Shown here one piece after another: positions 34,398-47,579 of a stretch of DNA of 64,000 nucleotides. Under the pieces are notes generated by a model, which had not been told where the DNA came from, searched no databases, and was given only the letters and a program-made list of their open reading frames with translations. The stretch is from Basidiobolus meristosporus CBS 931.73 (Eukaryota; Fungi; Basidiobolomycota). The translations under genes were made by a program, and so were the position numbers. Position 1 is the stretch's first letter, and each line of letters begins with the position of its first letter. The DNA is taken from the NCBI GenBank assembly GCA_002104905.1, contig MCFE01000102.1, forward strand, positions 1 through 64,000, read 5' to 3'.

Positions 34398-37300
34398 CTT
34401 GGTAGAAGTGAGGATATCCTGAAGTGCAGTGTAGAGGATTCAGTGAGGGAGGCTAGAGAAGGACCTACAAGAGATGAACGGGCTAACTTTGAAAACTAGA
34501 GGGAAACCAATTCTTCGGCACTACAACTATCCTCGACAGCAGCCATATCCACCCACATGATTCCCGACTTTTATATGATTCTCTGAAAAGGACCACCAGA
34601 TCCTGGCCCCCCAATACGAATATAATCTACACGTACAATAGCAGAAGCAATCTATTCTACTCTCCCCGATCACCATCAAGATCCTGAAATATTATCAAGT
34701 ATCATAAGGTGGATAAACTCCAAGTTCCACATGAAAATTCCCCATTCCAATCTACACTTAAGCTTACAAGCAATCAGGGCCCAATTAGGGAATTTGGATG
34801 GGCCATTTCCTGAGGGAATTATTGGCATGTCCATGGGGGGACACAAATAAACCAACCATCACGAGATTCTTAGGCCTTGACTCTATCGAAGTTACACATC
34901 TATATCCACTCCAGTACCGGTGTGAAGGTGGAACCCCCCGTTCGTCTACTGTGAATCCCTCGCTTCCACATGCCAGAGCCGCCCTCCCAAACAACACGTA
35001 ACATTGTATCTGGTGAGGGACATCCGCTCGATTTATTGCCACGTCTTCGTGTTACCCATTCGAAAAATATTCCGCCTTAGAAGGGACTTGTGCCACCGAA
35101 TTTGGGTGCGACTTTCCATAGAAGGCGAGTATCAGGAAACCCGCTGGTGAAATCCGATATGACGCAGACCTCGAGGCACCTCATTATTACGATCGGTCTG
35201 ATGGTACTCAACGTGGAAGCTTTATGATCAACCATAACGACGCACACCCATCTGGTCTTTAAGCTACATACCCGCGTGAGTAAATGGAAGCCTAAACTTC
35301 ACATGGGTGTTGAAATCACTTACCATCTTTGGCCACTGCTATTTAGGGTAGATAGCTGGGTTTCTAGTATCACAGATGATACGATCTACTCCACAGCGAG
35401 ACTCACTGGCAAGGTGCGCAATAGCTTCGTTTGATCAAGGCTCGGCGATACTATATGGAAGGCAATACGAAATCCAGTGGTGAAGATCTATGGTCCACCT
35501 GGTGCGGATTTGCCAGGGAAGTGATATTAATTCCACAATTGTGCTCATATTAATCTCCCGAGCCAATCAGATTGCCCCGTGGTTGCCCTTTATCTTCTCC
35601 TCGCCCGCTTCGATCTCTCCACAATGTGCGCTGCTCTTTATACACCTAGAGGCATGCCATCGAAGCCATAGGAGAACGGTATTCTTTTTTTGGCTCAGGT
35701 GCCGGTCTATCAGGCTGTTCCAAGGTTTCCAAAGGAATGTCAGGAGACGCCGGCCAAGGGTTTCCAAACTGATCACGCAACAGGGAAGGCACGTGACACC
35801 AGGGCGATGCTACAGACGGAATCGAGCCACTTTGTTGTTGCCCTTCAGGAACTCCAAGGGGGCGCACATGAGAAACCCATCCTCAGCACACATTGCTGAA
35901 ATATCCCAGGATTCTTGCAACACTCTGGCGAACAGGTTGATTATATCTAACCGACTTTGCAGCAAATAGCATTGGGATCCAACACAATTACCGTGGTACA
36001 GATGATTAGCAAACCGCCTAATTAAGCATGTTTCGTGATCCATCCGAAGTTGCACTGGATCCCATGTTCCCCACCCCAGTCCTTATCAGTGACTTGCAAA
36101 CCACCTTGCTACTAGACTACGGGTGTTGATTTTTTCGTCAACAGTCAGAACACAGTCAACCTAATCTGGGTGGATCTCCCCTTTTGACCAGGTACTTCTT
36201 CATTTGCTGCCGTGCATCGCACCAAGCGGGGTGACTCGAAAGGTTTCAATGAATCCTACCACTTGTGCCACCCTCAGGTATTTCTAAATTTTCCTTTCCT
36301 CAACCATAACAACTGGCTTCACCAACACTACAAGTCATGGAGCCAAGCTCAAAAGAGCCATACTGCTACACCACCCTCAGAAGATAATGGAACCCACCAA
36401 TCAATGTGTCGGGTCAAAAGAGCGTGCCGATTCTTGGGGAGAGAAAGATATAATGCTACGATGGGATTATGTGATGAGCAGCGAAATATCGGACGGAGAA
36501 AAATCCCACCTGCCACTATGGGCAGGAGATGATGGTTTATGAATCAGATGGGATTCGTGACAATTGGTGGTAATCAAGTGGGGTTGGTTGAGAGCTTGGT
36601 TGCGCCCACCTACTAGTGAGACAGATTCTAGAAGCCAATTGAATCCGGTGACATGTGGAACCAGCCTCCCTAACGAACCATCTCTCCAGCCTAGCGAATC
36701 GTCCCATTCTTCATGATATCTGACCAGTTGGGAGCTACTAGTTTTGCCCCACCCATGAATGCACTGATTAGATTCATGACTTCACAGTTTCTTTACACGA
36801 GCCCTTAAAGCACAAATCTAGGGTCGAGTAATGGTAATCTTGCGTGATCCACCTAGCCTGGATCGCTCTCCAGCTCGTTACACCACTGAAGCGGTTGCCA
36901 CCGAATATGAACTGATCCCTCCGAATAGCATAGGAATTGTTGGTGTACATGATGTTGGAAAGGATATTTCTAGGCACAACCTCAGCATTCAAAATATTTG
37001 TGGAGATGGTGGAGGTTGAGAGGCAGAAGTGTAGGGGTGAATTGTAGTTTCCATGTTCTATCTTGAATATATTATGTGATCTATGTGTAAGTTACCCGAC
37101 TTCCAGTTCACTTTTACTCAATAGATGTGAGGTGGTTCAACAGGATGTAGAATTAGTGATCTTGGCTGTTCTATTTTTGGAAGTTGAGTCGAGCCTTGCA
37201 AGTGATGTAGGTTAGATTAGTGGAAGTTCTGTTTTCACCAGATATCGTACTCAATGGAAATTAAGTATTTCCATTTCGGTAACGTTTGGTGAAAATATCC

Positions 37301-38440
37301 GCTCTCATCTCAAGTAGGAAATCATGGAATGATACATGTGTTGCTGGATTTTCGGGAATGTTGAAGCGATTTGGAGATTGGGTAGAGGTTGGAATATCGA
37401 GCTCGAATAGGGTATTGGCGCATTTAAGAAACTATATATAGCTAGCAATATGAATATTTTGCATATGAGAGGTTCCGGCCATTTAGCTAATTTGTGAATC
37501 TTGACCACTTCCTGGACTGATTTTCATTCAATGGATCAGCTATTATCTTTTGGATTTTACTTCAAGTCAATAGTACCTAACAGCTGAAGTAGCTAGATAT
37601 AAACCGAATATATATGAATAGTTCTGGAAGAAAACTAAGCTGCTGCTGTAGTATTGGTGCTGGGTGTGGCCCTCAGTTTTGCAAATTCTTAACTACACAA
37701 TTGATCAGAAATTGTCCGCATTATATGCATACAATGTAAACAGAAGCCTGACAATCCATGAAATGCCTTTTAACTTATCACAGCGCACAACCTGTCCTCT
37801 GGAATCATTTTAAAGTATATCATAGCCGAATAAGTACTATGCTTTAACCTTTCCTAATGAGTTGCTGAGTAAAGTTGTACACATGAAGTTAGTACTTCAT
37901 TTTATCCAACAGGACAAGAAATCTGAAAGTACATCATGAGTACATTGAAATACTCGATATACTGACTTTTACACTGGACCCTCACTTTGCCATTATTAGA
38001 GAAATTAGCAGAGCATTGGAAGTAATTTTGTTGAAGCATGTTGCCAGTTGCTTGGGACTGGGGCAACACTAAAGAAAAATGCAACTCAAAGCTGTTTGAC
38101 TGTTTGCCTAAAGATTCAGGATCAACTAAAATACACAATTGCTTTAGCTTTGGTACTCATACTTAGTTGGTCACTAACATTCTAGAATGAGCTCATTTAT
38201 ATCTAAATCAAGTACTCTGTCAGGCTGTACTCAGGATTTTCCCCAGAGTATTATTATTAATTTTCTGCTCACATCTATATGCCTGCACTAGCTTGATCAG
38301 TCAAGTCAAAGCTTGTATATACCGTATATTCTGCTTAAGTACTTCATCGAGATTTAGTCTAACTATCGCTACCAGAATATCATTTACTCAAATCAAAACT
38401 TATATTCTTAACAAACCTCAATATCTTTATTGCCCTAGTG

Positions 38441-38605
38441 TACTGTAAGTTTTGTAGTTACACCCAAGTATTGAATCAGCTTGGACACAATATTCTGACT
38501 TGTAGACTATGATATATTTGACTAAGTTCCTTGTAGAGGTATACTTGGAATATCTCACCAAAATATCTGGTACCCAGAAGATAAAAATCTCAAAGTTGCC
38601 AAAAG
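38441..38605 (+). mobile_element. 5' half of an older Copia LTR, interrupted by the LTR at 38606
   Basis: Colinear with the consensus through GGTACCCAGAAGATAAAAATCTCAAAGTTGCC. AAACAAGCCC resumes after the inner LTR. Confidence 0.6.
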
Positions 38606-38949
38606 TGATGTAAATTTCGTAATTGCACCTAAATATTCACCTAACTTAGTCACTTAGGTCATAGTCTACAAACCTCAGAGAATTCTGGCCAAATTCCTTG
38701 TCCAAATTTACTTTGAATATTTTCATCAAAATATCAGGTACCCAGAACATGAAAAATCAATAAGTTATCCAAACAGCCCCAAACTTTGCACATATGGTCT
38801 TGGAACCTTCCTAAGCATATTCTGTGTTTTTTGCCAAGACAATGTAAAAGTACAAATACTACTTTTACGTTCAATAAACGGTCAAGTAAAAACTTCATAG
38901 TCTTCTAGTCCTGCCAATCACTTCCAATATCTCGAAAACTCTGACAACA
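38606..38949 (+). mobile_element. Solo Copia LTR nested in an older LTR
   Basis: TGATGTAAA...CTGACAACA, a full-length match to the LTR consensus. Confidence 0.85.
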
Positions 38950-39817
38950 AAACAAGCCCATATTTCATCTGTATTTTCCATTGGTTCTTCATAGTTGGTA
39001 GTTAAATTGTGGTCACAAGTCCCGATTGAGCTATGTACAACTACAATTTTGGTTTATTGGAATGTAGTGGTGCTGATACTGAATTATCAGTATTAAAATC
39101 CAAGAGCGGAAGAGTCTGAAGTCTGCACATAGACTCACGGCAAAAACCAACTTTTTGCTTGTACCAAAAGGTTGTGGCCGTTTCAGTAATCATAGGGCAA
39201 TATGCAATGACACCATCATGTAGACAAGAGTAAAAATTGGAGATCCCAGTGGAGTTGTTGGCGGAAAGAAGCAAAATTTAATAGACATTTTGTTAAGCAA
39301 ATGTGGCCATGATTCGTCACTTTACAGGAAACTTTCGTAATATAAAAGCTTGGGACGAAAATTAGTAGAGTATGCTTTAGTGCAAATCTTGTCATCAACA
39401 GCAATTTCAAATCCTCCCTTCTGGCACAACAATCAGCAATCTTTACAAGTATCAATGCTCCCGGATAAGACCTTCAGGATGTAAAGGAATATTACTGGCC
39501 GAAAGAAACCGCATTCTAGATATTGCTTATCATTGATACTCTTTCAGAAGATTTGGCATTACATCGGTTAAAGTGAACCGTATGCAAGAAGAGTAGAACA
39601 ATCGCTAACCCTTGTCCATAGCCATACAATACGATGAATTCCAGCTCAAAACGGTAATAAAGTGCCCATAGATGAATGTTTGATGTAGTTTCTTAAACGT
39701 TTTATACATTGAGCCGATTATAGTTCAGTGTTTGTCGATATAACATGCTTTTTGAGAAATAGTACCATTTGGCCTGAAGTGAATGGCCAAAAAGGTCAAC
39801 TCTTCAAGTAATATTGC

Positions 39818-40413
39818 TCATTTCTTGTTCTTCTTCTTCTTCTTCTTGGAGCCGCCGGTGCTCTCGGGCGTCTTGGCGGGTGCTTCTGATTTGGCTGGTG
39901 TTTCTGGGGAAATTGTTTTCGTTAATTTGGTACTATAGAGTAGATTATGATAAAAGGGAGACGGGTGTTTTCAACGGCTATGAACAGACTGCCACGAAGT
40001 AGATCTGCTGGAAGGGAATAATATACATACGTTCGACTTTCATCTCGGATGAAACCTCCTTAACATTCAACATCTTGGCCATGAGGGAATGATTCAAACG
40101 ATCGAACTTTTTTAGATCATTCAGTTGATCGGTAGCATATTTGATGCACTTGTAAACGAATGAAGTTTCGTGGTTAATAAGATCTCTGGATGATTAAACA
40201 AGAGTTGCTAAACATACAGTACGGTTATCGGTGACTTTGAGTACTAGTTTTCCATCACAGTGACGATAGCTCGAAACGTATCTTGTCTGGAGGAGAGGGG
40301 TATCAGCAACAGATCCAGGCAAAGTTTCAAAGGGAGTTTACCTCTGATGGAGAGTTTTGATACATTTCCTCAGCCGCATGCTGATATTCATCCCAGATTT
40401 GAAAGTACACCAT
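39818..40413 (-). CDS. SRP9: Signal recognition particle Alu-domain subunit SRP9/Srp21 (exons 40413-40342, 40286-40218, 40148-40031, 39903-39818; 114 aa)
   Basis: Spliced translation MVYFQIWDEYQHAAEEMYQNSPSETRYVSSYRHCDGKLVLKVTDNRTCIKYATDQLNDLKKFDRLNHSLMAKM matches the SRP9 signature (YRHxDGxLxxKVTD..C..YxTD). Lys-rich tail; all introns GT-AG and in phase. Confidence 0.92.
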
Positions 40414-41718
40414 ACTTGTAGCTTTCGCTTAGGTCTAACTACACTCGGGAATACTGTTAATCGAAATCAGTTATGCATGCGAAAACCGCATCACATTGGA
40501 CAGTTAATCACCTGACTTGACGAAGAATTTTCATGAATCTGGTTTAAACCTAACCATCGAACTAACCAAACTTGACCCGAAATTAGGGGGCGACTCTGCC
40601 ATCAGGCTAACCAAGTTTTACCTTGGCAAAATGCAAGAAGACTCACTGTGTTGGTGAAGTACACACGCATAATTACCAAATTCAGCCTGCTCAGCACAAC
40701 AGCAATGAAGGCCAACATGGACAATTTGCTTATCAGCGCTATCGCTGAATGAACATCTGACGTTTCGTTCCTCTGCTGATTTGAAGATAAATACTTCCGG
40801 ACAATATTGCTTTTTATGTTCACATCCACTTCAGCATTGTCACACCCACATCCATTCACTCAATGTATCCTGGTTACCTATTTTCATAACAAAGCTGCAA
40901 GCATGATAACAGGCCTCTATGTTTACTGCCCTCATCTATTGCGATGATTACAAATAGGATCTTGTGAGAGGGGATTGAGTGAGCTTTCTTGAAGAGATGC
41001 TGAGGCAAGTGGCAACTCGGGCCTCATGAACCGGGAAAAGCAGTGGATATTCAGGTCAGGGGGAACTGGTCCAACACTTCTTGATTAACCCAGCTCAATG
41101 TAGCTCGAAGCTTGAATTTCTCCACCGTTAGAGGTGTGCACAAATTGTTCCCACCAAAATATGTCAACCACCCAATGAAGGGAACCTTAAAATTTCTGTA
41201 TCACTGCCTATTACGGGGCGTAATACACCATCAAATAATGAAAACTAACGAAAGCTCAACTCCTGTGGGATTCATTTATTTCTCGCGTTACCAAGTTCCC
41301 AAAGCGTTGCCAGGGACCAAAGTTCCTCTCTGAAAGAGGGAAAGAGAGGGCTTATTTTCGGTGGTTGTGCAGGCGATTGGAGATTTCTACACTTCATTTG
41401 CCATCATTGGCTTCGAAAGAAATAATGACCCTTCTATATTTAGTCTGTGTACTCAGGCTAGGAAGGTGGTACAAGACCTTGCTGAAGCACAGGTGACACA
41501 TGGCATTTTGTTCAGTGGTTGCGATCAGCCAATGAAGTTGCCCCTATCCTCCATGGCACTTCTACTTTGGGCCAACTGATTTGGCAGGTGGAGCCTGTAT
41601 AAATGGACCGCAGATACGCCAGCTCTGAGCATTTCTTCCCCTCCTAAAACCTCTTATCAGCCGCCTGGTGTGTACTGCTTTTCCCCTTGCATTATCAATT
41701 AAAGCGAGCGATAGTTAG

Positions 41719-43092
41719 ATGATTGATGCAGGCGCAATTTTAGCATGTGTGCTGGGACCACTATGGGTGCTGCAAATCCTCTTTGCAGCCAAGGTATTCT
41801 GGAGCAGAAAGAACCACGACAGCATAAAATATCGTTCACCCGGCTTAACCTTAGTTGCACTCTGCACCTTATGTATTCTTGGCGCCATGTTTATAGTTCG
41901 GCTATCCCATGCGTATGACTTCCCTTGTTTCTTGGTGCTATGGTTTACGCAACTAGGCTACCCAATCATTTACCTCTGTATTCTGGGTCGCTCCTTGCGC
42001 TTTCTCTTCCTCTACCGGCTGAGTGAAGCCAAGCTTGCCGCTGCACTCAACACCCGAGTCAAGCCGAGGATTTTCAAGCGGTCCGAAGTGATTGGAGGAA
42101 ACATCAAGAAGCGCTCGAGCGAGGATTCCGGTTTGGAGCTGCAGAATCTCACCTACGCTTCCGACACATCATTCCCTTCCACCACGTTCCCCCTCGAGGA
42201 GAATTGGTATTACAAGCATCGCCGAATCCTCGGCTCCAACGTGATGGGAACGTTGATTGGCATCATCATTTTGGTTCACATCATCATTCTGATGGTGGTC
42301 CAAGTCGTGAGCCCCAGGTTTTCCGTCATCCCCATGGCCAATAAAGATTGCATGGTTGGATGGGAATGGATTCCTCATCGGTTTTTTGTCGCCTTCTACA
42401 CCGTCTTGATCATCCTACTGATCCTGATGCTTCGAACCGTTAGTGACGCCTACGGGATTCGACGAGAGCTGATTATTATGTGCTCGATCAGTACCACGAT
42501 CGACATATTCCTGATCATCTTCTTCTCGGTTCCAGCCATGCAGGCGGTTGATCCAGAGATTTTCTCGTTGGCAATTGCGCTGTTCCCGATTGCAGTGTTC
42601 TATTATTATATGGTGCTCAACCCCACCCTGGAAACCTTTGGATTTACCTCGGTCTTTCAAGCACTAGGATGCCGCTCGCCACAGCTGATCCTAACATCCA
42701 GCATGGAGTCCTTTGAAATCCTACTGCGGACCCCCTCCTTGTTCGAACAGTTCAAGCTTTTTGCCGTGAAGGACTTTACGGTAGAGAACGTATTGTTCTA
42801 CGAACACTGTTGCCGCATCCATGAGTTGGCGAGCAACTCGTCAAGCTTTGTGGAGGAGCTTCAAGAGATGTACTCCACATTCATCGCCAACGACTCGCGG
42901 TTCATGGTGAATCTCAACGGAACCACCCTTCGCAAATTGAAGCGCATGTTCGCCGAAGGTAGGTTCGAGGAGAACATGTATGACGATGCGCAAAGGGAGG
43001 TCAAGGATCTTATGTTCCGCAACACATACCCACGCTACCTTCAAACACGCCGGAACAACAACCTCCGATGGGACACCGTAGCCGAACCATAG
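41719..43092 (+). CDS. 7TM receptor fused to an RGS domain, paralog of 22521-23894 (457 aa)
   Basis: Same length and layout (IKYRSP, WEWIPH, DAYGIRREL, FKLFAVKDFTVENVLFY, MVNL, MFRNTYPRYL). Intronless. Confidence 0.9.
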   Translation: MIDAGAILACVLGPLWVLQILFAAKVFWSRKNHDSIKYRSPGLTLVALCTLCILGAMFIVRLSHAYDFPCFLVLWFTQLGYPIIYLCILGRSLRFLFLYRLSEAKLAAALNTRVKPRIFKRSEVIGGNIKKRSSEDSGLELQNLTYASDTSFPSTTFPLEENWYYKHRRILGSNVMGTLIGIIILVHIIILMVVQVVSPRFSVIPMANKDCMVGWEWIPHRFFVAFYTVLIILLILMLRTVSDAYGIRRELIIMCSISTTIDIFLIIFFSVPAMQAVDPEIFSLAIALFPIAVFYYYMVLNPTLETFGFTSVFQALGCRSPQLILTSSMESFEILLRTPSLFEQFKLFAVKDFTVENVLFYEHCCRIHELASNSSSFVEELQEMYSTFIANDSRFMVNLNGTTLRKLKRMFAEGRFEENMYDDAQREVKDLMFRNTYPRYLQTRRNNNLRWDTVAEP

Positions 43093-43399
43093 AATTAATT
43101 TAATCTACCCATGTATACAATATACTACGCTATACCACACCATACTGCACCATAGATTCCTCTATTATACCCCCCATCGATTGTGTGCTCGACATATTCG
43201 GCACTTACCCCATAATGAGACAACACGGAGTCGAGAAAGTTATAGATTATTCGACATGTATAGATTATTTTGTCAGTGGGGAGTGGCTATTGGCAAACAA
43301 TAAATGAACTAAAAGCTGATCTGTTGAATTGATATGGGATATAGGTTGAGGGCTGAGGGCTAAGAGTTATTGATACAAATAGAATCTTCAGGCCCGATC

Positions 43400-45348
43400 T
43401 CAGATCTGATCCTCGATAAACTTGGTTATCATATCCAGGGCAGGCATGGGCGCGTTCATAGGCACCATGTGACCCGCTCTGGATACTTCCACCCGAGTGA
43501 AGCTGTTGTGATTTGTCATGTATCCGGCAATGTGACCATCCACCTTCCAGATCTATGACTCAAGAGTATAAGCACTCGGGATCCCACATTAGCGCTAATC
43601 TGTATGATACCTTTCTTTCCGCCTGAAGAAACCCACTCTGGCCGGTCCAATTTAGCGACCTAATCCATTCCGTATTCCCAGGAATCCCATCGCGGTAATC
43701 GAATTGGCCTGCACATTATAAGTCAACGGACCAGGGGAAGTTGCGAGCCATCACTAACCTTGGTACAGCAGAACCTTGTAGTTTTCCAGTAGTGTCGGCA
43801 GGAGGTGGATCACTGACTTCATGATATCAGGCTGCGTGGCGAATGTCAGCTGAAGCTTCTTCCGGCTGGGTAGTTGTCTTGGGACTTACCTTCATCGCTG
43901 CGCGAACGTCTTGGTTTCTCATATCAAAGGTCCTTGGATATACATTCAAGGCCTGTTTCATCGAGTCCTGGTTTAGAAGTTGCTCCATCCAGCTCCAGTC
44001 GTTTTGAACATCGGTGCGTAAATCGTAGAAGTTCAACTCTCCTGCCGAAGCTTTGGTGAAATCGAAGAGCTTAATCCTGGCATCTGAAGCGGCGTTCCAA
44101 TCGCCTGTTTGTGCGTAGTCTATTGCCTGTTGGGCCAATTTGGCAATCTCCAATGACTGCTCCAAAGATACAATGCCTAGATGACCGACCATATTACTCA
44201 TCAATTACGTTCTTACTTTTGCTCATTCGTAGCCTACCAAACTGTAAAGCAAGATCTGCGTGGTGTTTAATCTGGTCGACCGGGTGTGTTAGTCCGTTCC
44301 CTAGACAAACCTCTTAGATACAGGTCACTTGTCCACTATCCATTTTATGATCTCTTACCGATAGCGATCCCCGCTAGAGGGATTTCTTCCGATAAATCGT
44401 TGACTATGGGGAAGAGGAATTAACAATGACCATTGCGAGAGCGAAGCATCCGAAAGTACCTTTCACGTTGTATTCGTGGATCGACGCTGCAAACGCTGGA
44501 ACATATTTTCCGGCGTACGACTCCCCTGATCAAAAAGGTCACTTCTCATTGAGACTGGTTGACGGCTCTAAGGAGCATCTCTTACCAGCAATATACAGTT
44601 TCCTTTCCCTTTGTTCCGGGTATTGCTCGTAGAATCTTTTTAGAAATACCATGAAATCTTGCGCTGCCTCTTCGACGCTCTTGGTGTACCCCTCGTAGGA
44701 ATGCGTTTGATTGTACCCTGGAGTGAGGTAGCTATATCCAGTGCCAACAGGTTGATCCACAAATACCATGGAATAATGGGTATTCCATGTAACCTGGCGT
44801 CTAAACAGTTTGTGTTGCTCCGTAACTCCGATAGGTCCCATCTAAAGAAGTGTTTAGGATCCCTTTCTCCCAGACAAATGCTTACGAAACTACCTCATAG
44901 AACAGTCCGATCATTGAGCTTGAGCCAGGCCCACCTTGAAGCCAGCTTGAAAAAGGAGTAAGTCCAAGTTAGTCTGGAATACAGAAGTGAACACTATATT
45001 ACATGATCAACGGCGGGTCGGCCACTATCGGTTTCTGAGCAGGAAAATACCAATAAAACCTAGCGAAGGCTGAGGTCACTAAACCATTCAGGAGGGTAAC
45101 TGTATGTAGTGATATACTTGCATTCCAGCATCTATATTTGTATCGTTTACTTTCCAGCTTCTAATAGGAAAAGTGCCAGCGTAGGTATTTGTTAAAGGCT
45201 CCTCTCCTTTCTCCCAAGGAAGTTCCCCAACTAAATGAGAAGGCTTTGACTCCCTGATAAAGCTAATAGGGGAAGTTCTAACCCTCGCCAAGGTAAAGAA
45301 CGCGAGTATGAAGAGTATAAAAATGGGAACATGTTTGAGATAGGACAT
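43400..45348 (-). CDS. Secreted serine carboxypeptidase, peptidase family S10 (CPVL-like), about 10 exons
   Basis: Splicing gives a signal peptide, GMFYWYF, WLQGGPGSSS, VDQPVGTGYS, GESYAG (Ser), GQFDYRD (Asp) and AGHMVP (His). Intron 1 needs a GC donor. Confidence 0.92.
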
Positions 45349-46894
45349 TGGAGATTTTTTGACCTAAAGAAGACCACACGTAGAAAGCAAACAAGCAACC
45401 CTCTATGATGCAGCCAGCAGTCTTTCTAATCCAATCGAACTCCCTCATAACAACTAGCAGTCCATGACAGCGATATTCAATATACATCATCCCTGAATAG
45501 GGCACTCGCAAGCATATTCTAGAATGAATCCACCCTTCTGCGCAACAAATACTAACCCATGTTAGGGATTAATGGCGTGTAAATAGGACAAATAGCAGTA
45601 TTCCTGAACGGAGTGGAGGTTCCATATATCGCACATTTGGCACACAAATCCCAAGAATGATGCAGGGTTTGTAGAAGGCCGATACACAAGGTGAGCCCCT
45701 ATTCGTAGGATTCATGATGCAGGTGACTTGGGATAGGGCTCCCCAGTTTTAGAGGCGCTTCGGAAGTATCACTTGACTTATTTGGTAGCGGAATGAATCA
45801 CCCATTACCTCACTGAGTTTGAAATTGAGAAACAGAGAGGTTTTTGGTTAGAGAGAAAGCGCAAGTTACACATTACGTCGATGGAAAGAGAGACTCTCTA
45901 CTTTAGTCAGCCAAGCACAAAGTCTGTGCCAATGAACAGAGATCCCATCTCTGCTCCACGTGTAAGATAGACGTCAGTTGACAAGGAATTGGCAATACTG
46001 TCTCTAGATTCCTTGAATGGCAAGAGGAAGTTCCTGATCATGATGCCGTTCGTGCAACCATTCCGTGCTATATATTTCACCTGGGGACAGGAAATTTTCG
46101 TCAGGAGCTGAGCTCAACTTCACTAATTGTTAGCCGGGATGAACGTAGCAAGCAGTAACCAACTTACGCCACCGCAAACCAATGCTCCACGTCCATCCTT
46201 GAATAGAACCGTGAGCTACTACTCTTCCATAGCGCTTCACGATCAATCCCCCAAACGGAAGAAGACAACATATCATTTCCCTGGTTTCGAGGAAATCATC
46301 CGCACCGAATCCACACTGCACCTCTCACTTACGCCGAAGGTGGCTCTTTAACCCCCTGTTAATTAACATAATGTAATGTTTCGTTCTGTGCTCCCGCCAC
46401 ATGTGTAAATTCAGGACTGGCGATGGTTTTGTAGATAGGTTAATTTCTCATTAAACTTCGTTTCAGCAAACATCTCTGACGGATTACTTAATTGTCGATC
46501 GGTTCGAAACTGGCCGTGAAATCACCAAAACTTACACGACTCAAGCTTCTCCAGATAACCCCCTAGAACACTAGTTCCTTCTGTGTAATGATCATAACCG
46601 AAATAAATTCCATCATAACAACAGTAGAGGCTGAGCCATCTAGGTAGTTCATTAGTTCCAAAATTCCAGGCTATCCTGCTCCCTAATCCTTAAGCTATCT
46701 TTGGCCGAGCATTCTCCACATCATCCTAGATCGGCAACCAGTATAAAACCGACGAAAGTGGCCATGTCCATCCCACAGACTTGACTAGGAAGCGTAGGTT
46801 AAGTGGAGTAACCAGGGTTACGTATGTTTATGTGAAGGATGATTTCGATAGATTGCAAGTAAAGTTGTGAAAAGGCGTATGCAAGGGGGACGGT

Positions 46895-47228
46895 TCATGG
46901 TTGGGCGGCGGCTTCTTGGACCGCGGTATTCAACGCTGCCATCTTGTCGCCCACCTTCTTGTTCACCTGAAAGAATTTGGCAACGCAGCGGTCGATGCAG
47001 ACCGATTCACCCTTGTTTAAATCCCCGTCGGCGTAATTACTGGGGATGCATTTTTGGTGGCAAGAGTCGAGGATTCTAGGATAAATAAACCTTGGTTTAA
47101 CGTCGGGGACTCGTGCGAGAAAAAAGGGGGGCTGGTTACCTATTGTATAGGTCTGTGACCATCTCTATCTCTTGCTCGGCGATAGCCACATTCTGTGGAT
47201 TGTAGGAGTTGTAACTTCCAAAGCTCAT
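46895..47228 (-). CDS. TIM10: Mitochondrial intermembrane-space chaperone Tim10 (exons 47228-47140, 47075-46895; 89 aa)
   Basis: MSFGSYNSYNPQNVAIAEQEIEMVTDLYNRILDSCHQKC...GDLNKGESVCIDRCVAKFF: twin CX3C motif and the Tim10 signature. Confidence 0.95.
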
Positions 47229-47579
47229 GTTCTATTAAGTGTGTATGAGGTGTCTGAAACTCTAGGTGAGTTGGAGGAATCCTTTCAAACATCGATTCGG
47301 CGAAAATCTTTTCATCTCGAAGGAATTTTTTTATCTGCCTATCTTATGCAACAACGGGCCAATCTTGATTTATGACCACATTGGGGGGGCATGACTACAT
47401 TGGCCACACCTCCGAATCACGCGTAAGATCAAGTCTAAGGATACGCGAGATCTCACAGGTTGGATTGAATTGTGTTAAGTTAACGTTGATCCAATGAATT
47501 CTTGGTCTCTTTCACGCGTGTCATATAATAGTCCAATTCAAACATATTGCTGGTTGCAACCTTGGCGGGCTTTACTGCA

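Noticed and set aside
39050-39500. LRR-like fragments (ADCCARREDLKL, CKVTNHG, YCPMITETA)
   Set aside because: Suggestive of a cysteine-containing LRR pseudogene, but too fragmented to support as a feature.
9185-45348. Idea that the YGPFRR precursor, PTR2, the 7TM-RGS receptors and the S10 carboxypeptidase form one peptide-signalling gene cluster
   Set aside because: The genes are 10-35 kb apart and interleaved with housekeeping genes and TEs. Nothing in the sequence links them functionally.
45500-46351. Possible small multi-exon gene ending ...RTESTLHLSLTPKVAL
   Set aside because: No consistent in-phase splice model could be built. It may be real but is unresolved.
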